Shown: positions 11,055 through 23,254, numbered from the stretch's first letter. The stretch is DNA of 64,000 bases from Myxococcota bacterium (GCA_041288095.1 JBGGMJ010000197.1:1-64000); one strand, 5' to 3'. Translations and numbers: made by a program. Notes: generated from the letters alone by a model not told the origin.

Positions 11055-11702
11055 TCACTTTTTTTCTGGTTTGCTGTCGACGTTGGCGTGCAACACGCTC
11101 ACGCCCGCCGGAATCGTGAAGGCGAACTTGGCGTCGGCGACCTTGGCGCCGAGATCGAGGTCCTTGAAGACGTATTCGGTGCGGTTGCCGAGGGGGTCGA
11201 CGACGATCGAGCGACGCACCTTGCCGCTGCCGCCGTCGGTGTCGAGCTGGATCCGATCCACCGCGGCGATCGGCTCCTTCGGCGTGAGGACGATCGACAC
11301 CGCGTCGCCGGCCGCGATGCATTTACCGTCGCACGCCTTGGGCTCGAAGCTCTTCACCAGGTCGCCCTGCCCCCACAAGAAGCGCATCGCGCTCGCGACG
11401 GGGCTGTCCTGGAACTTGTCGAAGACGGTGACCTGCGAGTTCTCTGGCTCGTAAAAGTACGCCTGCTTGCCGTCGAAGACGAAGTCCTTGCGGCTAGGAG
11501 TGCGATAGCTCCAGCGCACCTTGCCGTCCTTCTTGGCCCAAAGCTCGCCGCTCTCGATCTTCTTCGCGCCGCGCATCTTGTCGACGTAGGTCTGCTCGAA
11601 CTTCGCGGTGACGTCGCCGCCGTTCTTGTAGGTGGCCTGCACCTTCGCGAGCGTATCGCTGGGCGCCACGGCGGCGAGGACAAGAGAAACGACGAGCATC
11701 AT
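11055..11702 (-). CDS. lolA: Outer-membrane lipoprotein carrier LolA
   Basis: Signal peptide, then AKFEQTY, SGELWAKKDGKVRWSY, FVFDGK and DPLGNRT. Lies directly downstream of ftsK, a conserved gene pair. Confidence 0.85.
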   Translation of the reverse strand: MMLVVSLVLAAVAPSDTLAKVQATYKNGGDVTAKFEQTYVDKMRGAKKIESGELWAKKDGKVRWSYRTPSRKDFVFDGKQAYFYEPENSQVTVFDKFQDSPVASAMRFLWGQGDLVKSFEPKACDGKCIAAGDAVSIVLTPKEPIAAVDRIQLDTDGGSGKVRRSIVVDPLGNRTEYVFKDLDLGAKVADAKFAFTIPAGVSVLHANVDSKPEKK

Positions 11703-11778
11703 GCTGTTAGACCGATCCGAGGCGCGGGTTATTCGCTGCAGCCCGATAGTCCCGAAGACAGCGCCCGGCAAGGCTCCA

Positions 11779-14565
<2,787 letters not shown>

Positions 14566-14630
14566 GGTCGAACTGCCCCTCTGTCACTAGCCGACTCACC
14601 CGCGCAGGCGCGTCGTCCAGGTTCGATTCG

Positions 14631-14659
14631 ACCTTAGGGCCGGGATCTTGCGCCGTCAA
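14631..14659 (-). promoter_or_regulatory. Putative sigma70 promoter of ftsK (TTGACG-N17-TAAGGT)
   Basis: Hexamers with a 17-nt spacer, 66 nt upstream of the start. Confidence 0.55.
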
Positions 14660-14753
14660 AAAACTAGCTGCGGGGCGGTCCTGGCAGACAAGTGGATGTT
14701 GACAGCATCGCCGATCGGTCACTAAGAAGCCGAACCGAACTCACGAATGCGTG

Positions 14754-14768
14754 TGGCACGCCTTTTGT
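14754..14768 (+). promoter_or_regulatory. Possible sigma54 -24/-12 promoter (TGGCACG-N4-TTGT) of the DUF507 gene
   Basis: Matches TGGCACG-N4-TTGC except for the last base; 23 nt before ATG 14792. Confidence 0.4.
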
Positions 14769-14791
14769 ACGCGTGCCTGGTTGGGACGATC

Positions 14792-15307
14792 ATGAAACTG
14801 TACCGCAAGGTCATTCCGAAGATTGCCAAAGACATCGTCCGCTCGTTGCTCGCCAACCGCGCCATCGAAGTCGAAGACGGCCACCGCGACGAAGCAGAGC
14901 TCGACCTCGCGGCCGTCCTCGTCGAGTACATGAACGCCGTCGACCAGGTGAGCACCGATGCCAGCGAGGCCATGCAGCGCCACGGCTTCTCACACACCAT
15001 GCTCGGCAAGGTGAAGAAGAGCATCGCGGACCAGCGCAAGGTCGTCATCGGTGAAGACGCCGAAGAGCACCTCGTCAACCGTGTCATCCACTCGCTCTTC
15101 AACTCGAAGCACATCGAGGAAGTGTTCATGGAAGATCACGAGCTGCGTAAGCTCGTGACCACCGCCATGCGCAAGTACGTCGGCGTCGACGAGGAGCTCG
15201 ATCGCGAGGTCCGCGGCCGCCTGAAGAATCTGCGCGAGGGCACGGCCGAGTGGGAAGTCGAATACGGCCGCCTCATCGATCAGATGCGCAGCGCCAAGCA
15301 GGCCTGA
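14792..15307 (+). CDS. DUF507 family protein
   Basis: MKLYRKVIPKIA...EELDREVRGRLKNLREGTAEWEVEY resembles deltaproteobacterial DUF507 proteins. Confidence 0.75.
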   Translation: MKLYRKVIPKIAKDIVRSLLANRAIEVEDGHRDEAELDLAAVLVEYMNAVDQVSTDASEAMQRHGFSHTMLGKVKKSIADQRKVVIGEDAEEHLVNRVIHSLFNSKHIEEVFMEDHELRKLVTTAMRKYVGVDEELDREVRGRLKNLREGTAEWEVEYGRLIDQMRSAKQA

Positions 15308-15308
15308 T

Positions 15309-15863
15309 CTAGGTCAGCTCGAGTGCGTTAGCCTTGCTGCCGTAGTACTCGAACCGCGCCGTCACGTGGAGTCGTCCGTCCACGTTCGTGATGCGGAGCT
15401 CGCCCGGTCCGTCACCGCGGTCTTCGCCAAAGCGGACAACGAGACCGTTGCCTTCGCGGAACAGCTCGTTCGCCAAGCTATAGAGGCGATTGCTCTTGCG
15501 GTCGTAGACCAGCTCTTCCGGGAGGACCGTGCCGCGGACGAGCAGTCGCGCAAGCTTTTCGCCCTCACCTGGCGCGAGGGCACCGGCGAAGGAGCGGGCC
15601 GCCTCGGGCAGCACGCCCATGGCGAGGCGCGCCCGTAGGACCACCCGGTCGGTCGGCACGCCGTCGTGGAAGGCAAAGGACACGTCGGGCTGGCCGGCGC
15701 GCGTGAGTCGGTGCACCGGGCCGTCGCTACGATCGGTCGTCCCCGTCTTGGTGATGAGGATGCCGTCGCGCGCAAGCTCTGCCACGATGAGGCCGTGGCG
15801 GTCCTTGGGGGCGGCTTGGTCGACGACTTGGCCCGCGGACGGACCTTGCACGGATAGACTCAT
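15309..15863 (-). CDS. Orphan protein (MSLSVQGPSAG...)
   Basis: 184-aa ORF filling the gap between neighbours. ATG lies 6 nt downstream of the promoter -10 box. Confidence 0.65.
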   Translation of the reverse strand: MSLSVQGPSAGQVVDQAAPKDRHGLIVAELARDGILITKTGTTDRSDGPVHRLTRAGQPDVSFAFHDGVPTDRVVLRARLAMGVLPEAARSFAGALAPGEGEKLARLLVRGTVLPEELVYDRKSNRLYSLANELFREGNGLVVRFGEDRGDGPGELRITNVDGRLHVTARFEYYGSKANALELT

Positions 15864-15869
15864 GCCCAC

Positions 15870-15896
15870 TTATCGGGGCGACTCCTTCGCGGTTCC
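15870..15896 (-). promoter_or_regulatory. sigma28-like promoter motif GGAAC-N14-CCCGATAA
   Basis: The reverse strand reads GGAAC CGCGAAGGAGTCGC CCCGATAA. Confidence 0.65.
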
Positions 15897-15973
15897 TCGA
15901 ACCGCCCTGCCGCCATGTCGGCCCATCAGCGTGGGTGTGCGGCAAATCATTCTCGGGAGCACAGGAGTGGCGC

Positions 15974-16000
15974 GGAACGGCCGGGTGGCTCTGGCGATAA
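15974..16000 (+). promoter_or_regulatory. sigma28-like promoter motif GGAAC-N14-GGCGATAA
   Basis: GGAAC GGCCGGGTGGCTCT GGCGATAA, ending 28 nt before ATG 16029. Confidence 0.65.
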
Positions 16001-16028
16001 CGCAGCACCCCTATCCCGTGAGAGATTC

Positions 16029-17486
16029 ATGAACGTCGGCTCAATCCGTCCGCCGCGGCAGACTATTCCCACATCTTCCGTGGCACCGACTATCGCCGCC
16101 GCTCCCCGCGACACCGTTGAACCGCGCTACAACTGGAACAATCGCATCGCCATCAAGCCGCGCGCCTTCTACGAGCCCTCGAGCGAGGACGAGGTTTGCG
16201 CCATCGTGAAGCACGAGCGCTCTGTCCGCTGCGGCGGAGGGCTGCATTCGTTCAACGGTGCCATGGCGCCCGACCCCACCGGTGCCTTCATCGACATGCG
16301 GCGCATGAACCGCATCGACAAACCGGTCAAACACGCGGACGGCAGCGTGACCGTGACCGCTCAAGCGGGCTGCACTCTCAAGCAGATCGGCACCTACCTG
16401 CGGGGCTTGGGCCTCGCGCTCGAGAACCTACCGACCAGCGCGGACATCACCTTGGGCGGGGCGATCGCCAACGGCGTGCACGGCTCGGGTCTCACCTCTC
16501 CCGCCGTGCTCGCCGAGCAGGTCGTCGGCATGACGACCGTCAACAGCGCGGGCGAAAAGGTCACGGTCGCTGAAGCGGACTTGCCGCTGTACCGCATCAA
16601 CATGGGCCTCTTGGGCGTCACCACCAGCTTCACCCTGCGCGTCGTGCCCGACTTCGATCTGGTGATCGCCGATGACGCCGTCACCGGCGAAGACGAGGTC
16701 ATCGCACGCCTCGAGCCTTCGCGCTTGCGGCGCGAGGTGAGCCAGTTCCAGAGCGCAACCTATCTCATCGACTTCAACCTCGAGGATCCCGCCGCCACCA
16801 GGCTCAGGCGCAACCTGCTCGTCAAAGTCACCGACGAGAATCGCTCCGAGATCGAAGCGCGCAAGCTGCCGCGCAAAGAGGACTACGATCTTCCCCCCGA
16901 AACGGTGCGCCGAGCCTATCAGCAGGCCTTCGAGGCCGCGGCCGCGGGCGGCACGAGCGCGCGCGGCAAGGAGCTGTCCCGCAAGATCCGTGGCGGTTTC
17001 GCGCAACCCAAGGAGCCGCGCATCGGCCGCTCGTCGCTCATGTACCAGATCTGGCTCGACCTGCCGGCGCACGATGTCAGCTATGGCGTACCGTTCGAGA
17101 AGGCCCAAGAAGCCTTCAAGCGCGTCATGACGGAGCTGCGCTCGCTCGGCTACGAGGCGATGGTGCCGTTGTCGATGCGCTTCCTATCCGGCACCGACAA
17201 GACGCTGATGGGCATGAACAGCGGCCGCGACGTGGTCAGCTTCGAGCTACTCACCTCGACGGCGACCGACGGCAAGGGAGGCGTGCTGCGACCTGACGTG
17301 CTGGCCGCGCAAGTGGCCTTCGAGCGCGTCATGGCCGAGATGGGCGCGCGGCCGCACTGGGGTAAAGAGTACGATGTGAGCCCGCGCGACCGCTTCGCCC
17401 CCGAGGTCTGGCAGCGCTTCGCCGACGAGGCGAAGAGAGTCGGCGCCAAGTTCAAGAACGCCTGGTCGGCGGCCTTTACGCCGTAG
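16029..17486 (+). CDS. FAD-linked oxidase of the arabinono-/gulono-lactone oxidase (ALO/GULO) family, with an N-terminal extension
   Basis: YNW...P...EPSSEDEV, GGGLHSF (flavinylation His), TLGGAIANGVHGS, GLLGV and C-terminal RPHWGK. Confidence 0.85.
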   Translation: MNVGSIRPPRQTIPTSSVAPTIAAAPRDTVEPRYNWNNRIAIKPRAFYEPSSEDEVCAIVKHERSVRCGGGLHSFNGAMAPDPTGAFIDMRRMNRIDKPVKHADGSVTVTAQAGCTLKQIGTYLRGLGLALENLPTSADITLGGAIANGVHGSGLTSPAVLAEQVVGMTTVNSAGEKVTVAEADLPLYRINMGLLGVTTSFTLRVVPDFDLVIADDAVTGEDEVIARLEPSRLRREVSQFQSATYLIDFNLEDPAATRLRRNLLVKVTDENRSEIEARKLPRKEDYDLPPETVRRAYQQAFEAAAAGGTSARGKELSRKIRGGFAQPKEPRIGRSSLMYQIWLDLPAHDVSYGVPFEKAQEAFKRVMTELRSLGYEAMVPLSMRFLSGTDKTLMGMNSGRDVVSFELLTSTATDGKGGVLRPDVLAAQVAFERVMAEMGARPHWGKEYDVSPRDRFAPEVWQRFADEAKRVGAKFKNAWSAAFTP

Positions 17487-18302
17487 CTACTTCGCGGGCG
17501 GAACCTCGTACATGTGGACGCGCGCCTCGAGCGGCTGCTTGCCCTCGACGCGCATCTTGTACGGCAGCCGGGTCGCATCCGTCGCCATCCAGATGGTCGC
17601 GGTGATGGCCGTGCGCTGTTTCTCCGAGGCGTAGCGCAGCTCGTATTTGTCCGCCGGCTTGCTGCCGACCGGGGTCCTCACCGACTCCTGGCCAATGTGT
17701 TTCACCCAGACCGTGTAAGCGCGCTGGTTGGCATAGAGGAGCGCGCAGCCGTTGGTCTCGGCTGGGAAGCTGCGCATCACGTAGTACGCGGACACGAAGT
17801 CGATGGCCGGCGAGGGGAAGCTACGCTCGTCGACCTTCTTTTCGTTGTTGCGCAGGCGCTTCGACGAGAGCCCCTTGCCGCCGCTCGCGTAGGTCACGTC
17901 CTCTTCGAAGTTGTTCTTGTCGGACTTGTAGCGGTTGGTCGAGGTCAGCGGCAGATGCGAGCCCAGGTCGACCAGCGACGCGGCACGGCCCTCGGCGGGC
18001 ACGAAGCTCGCCACCAGGCTATCGAGCTTGAAGAGGCTGCGATACTCGGTGACCAGCTGACCAGCGTAGGTACCGACACGCTCGATCTTGAAATCGATGG
18101 TGCCCACCGATAGGCCGTTGACGTCGACGAGGTAACGGATGGTTTCGCCGGCTGTCTGCGGCAGCGGCCCCTTGGCGTCTAGCGCTTTGGTACATTGCGG
18201 CAGGTCGGCCGGCGTCTTGGGAAGAGCGGCGCTGGCCGTCAGCGCCTGGGCAGGCGGAGCGGCGACGAGCAACGTAACCAACAACGACAACACGATGGTC
18301 AA
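17487..18302 (-). CDS. Exported DUF3108-like beta-rich protein
   Basis: Signal peptide LSLLVTLLVAAPPAQA; motifs GETIRYLV, DFVSAYYVMR, ESVRTPVG and IWMATDATRLP. Start is TTG 18302 or GTG 18293. Confidence 0.7.
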   Translation of the reverse strand: MTIVLSLLVTLLVAAPPAQALTASAALPKTPADLPQCTKALDAKGPLPQTAGETIRYLVDVNGLSVGTIDFKIERVGTYAGQLVTEYRSLFKLDSLVASFVPAEGRAASLVDLGSHLPLTSTNRYKSDKNNFEEDVTYASGGKGLSSKRLRNNEKKVDERSFPSPAIDFVSAYYVMRSFPAETNGCALLYANQRAYTVWVKHIGQESVRTPVGSKPADKYELRYASEKQRTAITATIWMATDATRLPYKMRVEGKQPLEARVHMYEVPPAK

Positions 18303-18338
18303 TTTATTACCCCGACTTACCCCCACGAGCCACGCGCC

Positions 18339-19709
18339 CTGAGCCGCGTCGTCATCATTGGTCTGGACGGCCTCGAGCCGAGCCTCGCGCTCACACGCTT
18401 CGCCGGCGAGCTGCCGGTGCTCCAAAGCCTCGTGACCAAGGCGCGGCTTGCGAGCTGCGAGCCCCCCATCACGGTCCCGGCGTGGGCTTGCATGGTCACG
18501 GGCGTCGACCCGGGGATGCTCGGGCTCTATGGCTTTCATGATCGCTCCGCTTGGGACTACCGGTCGCGCCGGCTCGCATCGTCGCACGCGCTCACCGAGC
18601 CACCGCTCTGGGCCCTGGCCAACCGGGCGGGTTTGCGGGCTCGCATCATCGGCGTGCCACCCACGTATCCCGCGCCGGCGCTCGATGGGGCTCTCATCTC
18701 GTGTTTTCTGACGCCCGACGAGGAGGCGATATTCACCCACCCGGAGAGCCTCGGACCCGAGGTCCGGCGGCATGGCTACGTGTTCGACACGCCCGAGTTC
18801 CGCGTCGCCGAGGACGCTAAAGCGGACTTAAAGGTCGATATCGAGCGCATGATCGAGCGGCGCTTCGCGCTAGCGCGCGAGTGGCTGCGTAAAGACGATT
18901 GGGACCTCTTCATGATGGTCGAGATGGGAAGCGACCGAGCTCACCACGCCTTCTGGCGCTACCTCGATCCGGCCCATCCGGAGCACATCCCTGGCCACGC
19001 GTTGGCGTCCGCAATCCGCGACATCTACAGGCGCATCGACCAGGAGCTTGGGCGCGCGCTCGAGCTCTTGCGCCCGGACGATCGGCTCCTCGTGGTCTCC
19101 GATCACGGCGCCTGCGGCATGTACGGCGGCTTTGCCATCAACGACTGGCTGGCCGCGAACGGCTTTCTCACTCTTGTCCCCGAAGCCCGGGGCCGCTTCT
19201 CGCCCGAGCTCGTCGATTGGTCGCGCACCACCGCCTGGGCGGACGGCGGCTACGTGGGACGCATCCACATCAATCAGCGCGGCCGCGAGCCGCAGGGCAT
19301 CGTCGGCGCGGAGGCGGTGCCCGGAGTGCTGGAGGCCATTCGCTCGACGCCCGCCCCGACGGCGCTCCGTTTCGCCGCACCGAGCGCCATCTATCGCGCG
19401 ACTCATGGGCACGCCCCCGCGCTTCAAGTCGAGGCGAGTGACCTGCATGTGCGCTGTCTCGCATCGGTCGGACATGACTCGCTCTTGGTAGCGAGCAACG
19501 ACACGGGTCCCGATGATGCCAATCACGGCCGCAACGGCGTCGTGCTCTCCAACATGGCGCTGGCGCTGGACACGCCGGCGAGCCTCTACGACATCGCGCC
19601 GACGGCGCTCGCTTGGCTAGGCATCGCAAGGCCCCCGACGTTCATCGGTAGAAACCTCGCCAGCCCTCAGAGACACTCGATGGTGTTGCCGACGAGCAGG
19701 GCGCAGTAG
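18339..19709 (+). CDS. Alkaline phosphatase superfamily protein (type I phosphodiesterase / nucleotide pyrophosphatase)
   Basis: VVIIGLDG, PPITVPAW...TGVDPG, DRAHHAFW, VVSDHG, DDANH and DIAPT. Start codon uncertain. Confidence 0.88.
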   Translation: MSRVVIIGLDGLEPSLALTRFAGELPVLQSLVTKARLASCEPPITVPAWACMVTGVDPGMLGLYGFHDRSAWDYRSRRLASSHALTEPPLWALANRAGLRARIIGVPPTYPAPALDGALISCFLTPDEEAIFTHPESLGPEVRRHGYVFDTPEFRVAEDAKADLKVDIERMIERRFALAREWLRKDDWDLFMMVEMGSDRAHHAFWRYLDPAHPEHIPGHALASAIRDIYRRIDQELGRALELLRPDDRLLVVSDHGACGMYGGFAINDWLAANGFLTLVPEARGRFSPELVDWSRTTAWADGGYVGRIHINQRGREPQGIVGAEAVPGVLEAIRSTPAPTALRFAAPSAIYRATHGHAPALQVEASDLHVRCLASVGHDSLLVASNDTGPDDANHGRNGVVLSNMALALDTPASLYDIAPTALAWLGIARPPTFIGRNLASPQRHSMVLPTSRAQ

Positions 19710-21070
19710 TGGCTCAAGTAGCAGCCAACCGTGCGTACCGGCGGGTGTGAGAAACGCTGGGGTTCCTCGGAGCTCAAGGTCGCGGTCGAGAAGCCCGAGA
19801 CGTTGCCCGCCCCGTTGATCCAGCGCACGTCGCCATTGGCCCAACGCACGAACGTCCGCGAAAACGACAGCTTCACCTCGACGACGTTGGTAGCGTCGGG
19901 GACGAACGCGGTGCGCGTCACCGTGTGATTGGGGAAAGGCCCCGGGGCATCGTCGGGGTTGACGAGGCTCTCGATGGCGATGAGGTCGCCGTTGCCGCGA
20001 ACAGCCAAGACGACCGCGTGCAGTCCGTCGAAAGCGCGCAGGTCCGGCCAGGTGGCATACGGCTGCGGGATGCTGTTCGAATCGTAAGGGAAGAACGGGC
20101 TCGGCGTCAGCGTGACCACGCCCGCGGCATCCGCGGTGAGCGCGAACGCTTCGAGCATCGGAAGCCCGACGTGCCGGGGCGAGGTGGCAACGAGGGTGGC
20201 GACGCCGCCTGGGGTCATGCGCTTGAGCGTACCGTCGGCGTAAGACAGGTAGGCCTCGTAATAAGACTCCCGCATCCCGACGATCTGCGCGGCGTCGGGG
20301 TCGGTGACGGCATCGACGTCGACCACGTGACCGTCGTCGGTGATCTGCAGGGTCTCGGTGACCATAGCGAGGAGTACGTCGTCGGTGGATTGCGCAAACA
20401 GCAAGCCAAGCCCGCCGGTGGCGATGCGCGCGAGCGGTGGTAAATCCTCGTGCGTCAGCGCCGTCCCCGCCGCGCTCGGACAGCCCTGCGCGGTCAGCAC
20501 AACACCGTCATGGCGGAGCACGCGACCGTGATAAGCCGTCGCCGCGATGTCCTTGATGTCGGTCGCGCGCGGGGTGATCGCGAGTGATCGGACCGTCGTG
20601 CCGCCGTCCGCCGAAAAGGACAGAGACAAGGCGAGGGCTTCGGCGAGACCCGCGGTGCCGGTGGCGAGCGTCGAGCTTGCGACGAGCTCGCCCGTGGGGA
20701 TGACCAGGGTCGCGTCGCCAACTGGCAACTCGCCGCCGAAGCTCGAGCTGCTCACGGCTGCGTACTCGAGCTGCTCCCCGCGGCCGATGCTCCATACGAC
20801 CGTCGTATCCGCCGACCGAGCGTTGGTGAGACGCGCCGTGACGACCAGAGCCTCGCCGATCGCCAGGGTGGTCGGCGTCTCGATGGTCAAATCCGAGAGA
20901 ATCGTGCTCTCGTCGGTTGACCCGCCGTCACCATCGCCGGGGCCGACGTCGGTCGAGTCGTCGTCGCTAACCTCGGCGCCGTCACCTGGGTCCTCCTCGC
21001 CGCCCGGGCTGCCGTTGACGTTGCTCGAGCAGCCAGCAAGGAGGACGAGGCAAAAAATGAGGCGTCGCAT
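19667..21070 (-). CDS. Lipoprotein with an Ig-like region and a beta-rich (RCC1/propeller-like) C-terminus
   Basis: Lipobox LLAGC, an acidic Gly-rich linker, and repeated short beta motifs (VLRHDGVV, SYADGTLK, VRGNGDL, RWANGDVR). Confidence 0.6.
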   Translation of the reverse strand: MRRLIFCLVLLAGCSSNVNGSPGGEEDPGDGAEVSDDDSTDVGPGDGDGGSTDESTILSDLTIETPTTLAIGEALVVTARLTNARSADTTVVWSIGRGEQLEYAAVSSSSFGGELPVGDATLVIPTGELVASSTLATGTAGLAEALALSLSFSADGGTTVRSLAITPRATDIKDIAATAYHGRVLRHDGVVLTAQGCPSAAGTALTHEDLPPLARIATGGLGLLFAQSTDDVLLAMVTETLQITDDGHVVDVDAVTDPDAAQIVGMRESYYEAYLSYADGTLKRMTPGGVATLVATSPRHVGLPMLEAFALTADAAGVVTLTPSPFFPYDSNSIPQPYATWPDLRAFDGLHAVVLAVRGNGDLIAIESLVNPDDAPGPFPNHTVTRTAFVPDATNVVEVKLSFSRTFVRWANGDVRWINGAGNVSGFSTATLSSEEPQRFSHPPVRTVGCYLSHYCALLVGNTIECL

Positions 21071-21196
21071 CGCCGGGAAATGGCACGCGAGCTCTGCCCT
21101 GTGAACCCCGCGCCGCCTGACAGCGTAGCGGGGCGCGACGGACGCGGCAAACTAGCGGCGCAGCCGCGAAACAGGTGCCGTACGGCGAAAACGGCG

Positions 21197-21799
21197 TCAG
21201 CCGTTTTCACCGTTGCTCGCCGCTGGCGGACGCACCACGATGTCAGGGGTCACGGGCGGGGGACTCGGGATGTCACCGGTGTCACCGCCCACCATCTCGA
21301 CGATCGTGTCGCCCGAATAGACCGAGAGCTCGCCGACACAACCTTCGCTTTCCGTGAGCAGCTGGTCGACCTTGCCGCGAGCGATCGAGATCTTGTCGTA
21401 CTCGTCGCGGCCGGTTTCCTCGTCGCGCCGCGCCAGAGCTTCTTGCATCGAGACGTCCGCTTGCTCGGACATCTTGAGCAAACCCTTCACGGCGGTGAGC
21501 TTTTCGTTGACGCAGTTGAGCTTGATGACGTCGCGCTTCTCGCGCGCTTCTTCGAGGTATTTGAGCACCGTCTTCAAGACCGAACGCATGCGCTCGAGAT
21601 GCGAGGCGCCGCGGGCCACGCGCTCGGGCGCGGAGAGATTCTGCTCTTCTTCGGAGCGCGGCAAACCGAAGCGCGGCGCCGGAGTCGGTTGTGGCGGGGG
21701 CGTTTGCGCGGCGGCGATGGACGCGGCGACCAGAGTCGCGCCGAGCACGGCGACGACCTTTCTGGACACACGTGCACCCACACCAAAGAACCCCAGCAT
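21197..21799 (-). CDS. Exported alpha-helical protein with two Cys residues (myxobacterial-type conserved hypothetical)
   Basis: Signal peptide; helical core KRDVIKLNCVNEKL...EGCVGEL. Start is ATG 21799 or GTG 21769. Confidence 0.65.
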   Translation of the reverse strand: MLGFFGVGARVSRKVVAVLGATLVAASIAAAQTPPPQPTPAPRFGLPRSEEEQNLSAPERVARGASHLERMRSVLKTVLKYLEEAREKRDVIKLNCVNEKLTAVKGLLKMSEQADVSMQEALARRDEETGRDEYDKISIARGKVDQLLTESEGCVGELSVYSGDTIVEMVGGDTGDIPSPPPVTPDIVVRPPAASNGENG

Positions 21800-21948
21800 G
21801 TCTTCAAGGCTAACGGTCCCGACTGCGATCGTCAATTGCAACGGTCGCTATAGGCGACGGTCTTCCCTTGCCTTTTCGAGATCGAATCTGATTACGTCCG
21901 GCCCGCCGCCGCGAATACTCGCGCTGCACACGTGTTGGAGGGTCGAAA

Positions 21949-22647
21949 GTGCGTTTCGAGCAGCCGCTTATCGAAGCTACGTTGGTCCGCCGCCAGAAGC
22001 GTTTCGTCGCCGATGTCCGTCTGCAAAGTGGCGAAGAAGTATCCGTCCACTGCGCACATCCCGGGAGCATGATGGGATGCTCGGAGCCCGGCAGCAAAGT
22101 GCTCATCTCCTCCCACAACGATCCGCGCCGGCGCTTCAAGCACCAGCTCGAGATCATCTACTCGGGTCGTACGCCGGTCGGCATTCACACCGGCCGTCCC
22201 GCCTCCGTCGTTTACGAGGCGATCATGGCGGGCAAGATCGGCGAGCTCGCCGGCTACGCCCAGATCCGTCGCGACGCGCGTTACGGCCGCGACAATCGCA
22301 TCGACCTGCTGCTCGAGGGCAATGGGCTGCGCTCCTGCTACATCGAGGTCATCAACGTGACGCTCGGGCAGGACGGCACTGCCTTCTACCCAGACACGGT
22401 GATGCCCGAAGGCGCCATGCACATGGATGAGCTCACGGATCTGGTGCGCGAAGGTTGCCGCGCCATGATCTTCTTCGTCGCCCAGCGCGGCGACGTCGAG
22501 CGCTTCCGCCCGGCCGATCACATCGACGCGGAGCTCGCGCAAGCCATGCGCGACGCCTTCGCGCGCGGCGTCGAGCCGGTCTGCTATCGCGCCAAGGTGG
22601 CCCGCAAGGGCATCGAGCTCGACGACAGACTGCCGATCGAGCTGTAG
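21949..22647 (+). CDS. sfsA: SfsA family protein with a degenerate nuclease motif
   Basis: RRQKRFVADV, HCAHPGSM, RIDLLL, YPD, FFVAQRGD...FRPADHID. Confidence 0.85.
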   Translation: MRFEQPLIEATLVRRQKRFVADVRLQSGEEVSVHCAHPGSMMGCSEPGSKVLISSHNDPRRRFKHQLEIIYSGRTPVGIHTGRPASVVYEAIMAGKIGELAGYAQIRRDARYGRDNRIDLLLEGNGLRSCYIEVINVTLGQDGTAFYPDTVMPEGAMHMDELTDLVREGCRAMIFFVAQRGDVERFRPADHIDAELAQAMRDAFARGVEPVCYRAKVARKGIELDDRLPIEL

Positions 22648-22671
22648 CCGACAAGCTACGCTAAAACGAAC

Positions 22672-22695
22672 AGAGGCCGCCTTCGAGCGGCCTCT
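22672..22695. terminator. Probable bidirectional intrinsic terminator
   Basis: Perfect 9-bp stem AGAGGCCGC-CTTCGA-GCGGCCTCT between convergent genes, with T-rich flanks on both strands. Confidence 0.75.
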
Positions 22696-22696
22696 T

Positions 22697-23242
22697 TCAT
22701 TTCAAGCCGCTGACTTTGACGTTGGTGAACTTGCCGTTCGTGATCTTGAGCGGCTCGGTGTAGGCGTTGCCTTCCTTCTTGGCGTGCAGGTAGGCCATCT
22801 CACCCTGGAAGGTGCCGGAGATCGTGCCTTCGCGCAGCGGCGAGTTCGCGACGTCGTGAATTTCGAAGTCGGTGATCTCGACCGTCAGCTCCTCTGCCTT
22901 GGCCTGGTAGCCGAACTCGTGGCCGGCGTCGTCCTTGCGGGCGTACGCGGCGGCGACCACCGGATACTTGCGAGTGCCGCCACGGAACCCGTTGATCTGG
23001 ATCGAGAACTGGTGCCGCGTCGTGTCCGGCGCCACCGCTCCATGCATCACGATGGTGAGACTGCCCGTCGGCTCGACGTAGCTCGCGGCAGCGGGGAAGT
23101 TGTCTTCGCCCGAGGGAGCGGTCGATGCCGCCTTGCCGTTGGCCTCGAAAGTGACCGTGGCTTTCGTCGGGTCGACGGGTGCCGACCCACCTCCGCTGCA
23201 AGCCGCCAAGGCCAACAAGGCCGTCATCAGGATCTTCTTCAT
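22697..23242 (-). CDS. Lipoprotein of unknown function
   Basis: MKKILMTALLALAAC lipobox, GGAG RBS, beta-rich mature part. Confidence 0.8.
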   Translation of the reverse strand: MKKILMTALLALAACSGGGSAPVDPTKATVTFEANGKAASTAPSGEDNFPAAASYVEPTGSLTIVMHGAVAPDTTRHQFSIQINGFRGGTRKYPVVAAAYARKDDAGHEFGYQAKAEELTVEITDFEIHDVANSPLREGTISGTFQGEMAYLHAKKEGNAYTEPLKITNGKFTNVKVSGLK

Positions 23243-23254
23243 GGTCTCTCCGTT

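Noticed and set aside
21081..21097. TGGCACG...CTGC sigma54-like site
   Set aside because: The spacing is 12 and there is no supported + strand gene downstream.
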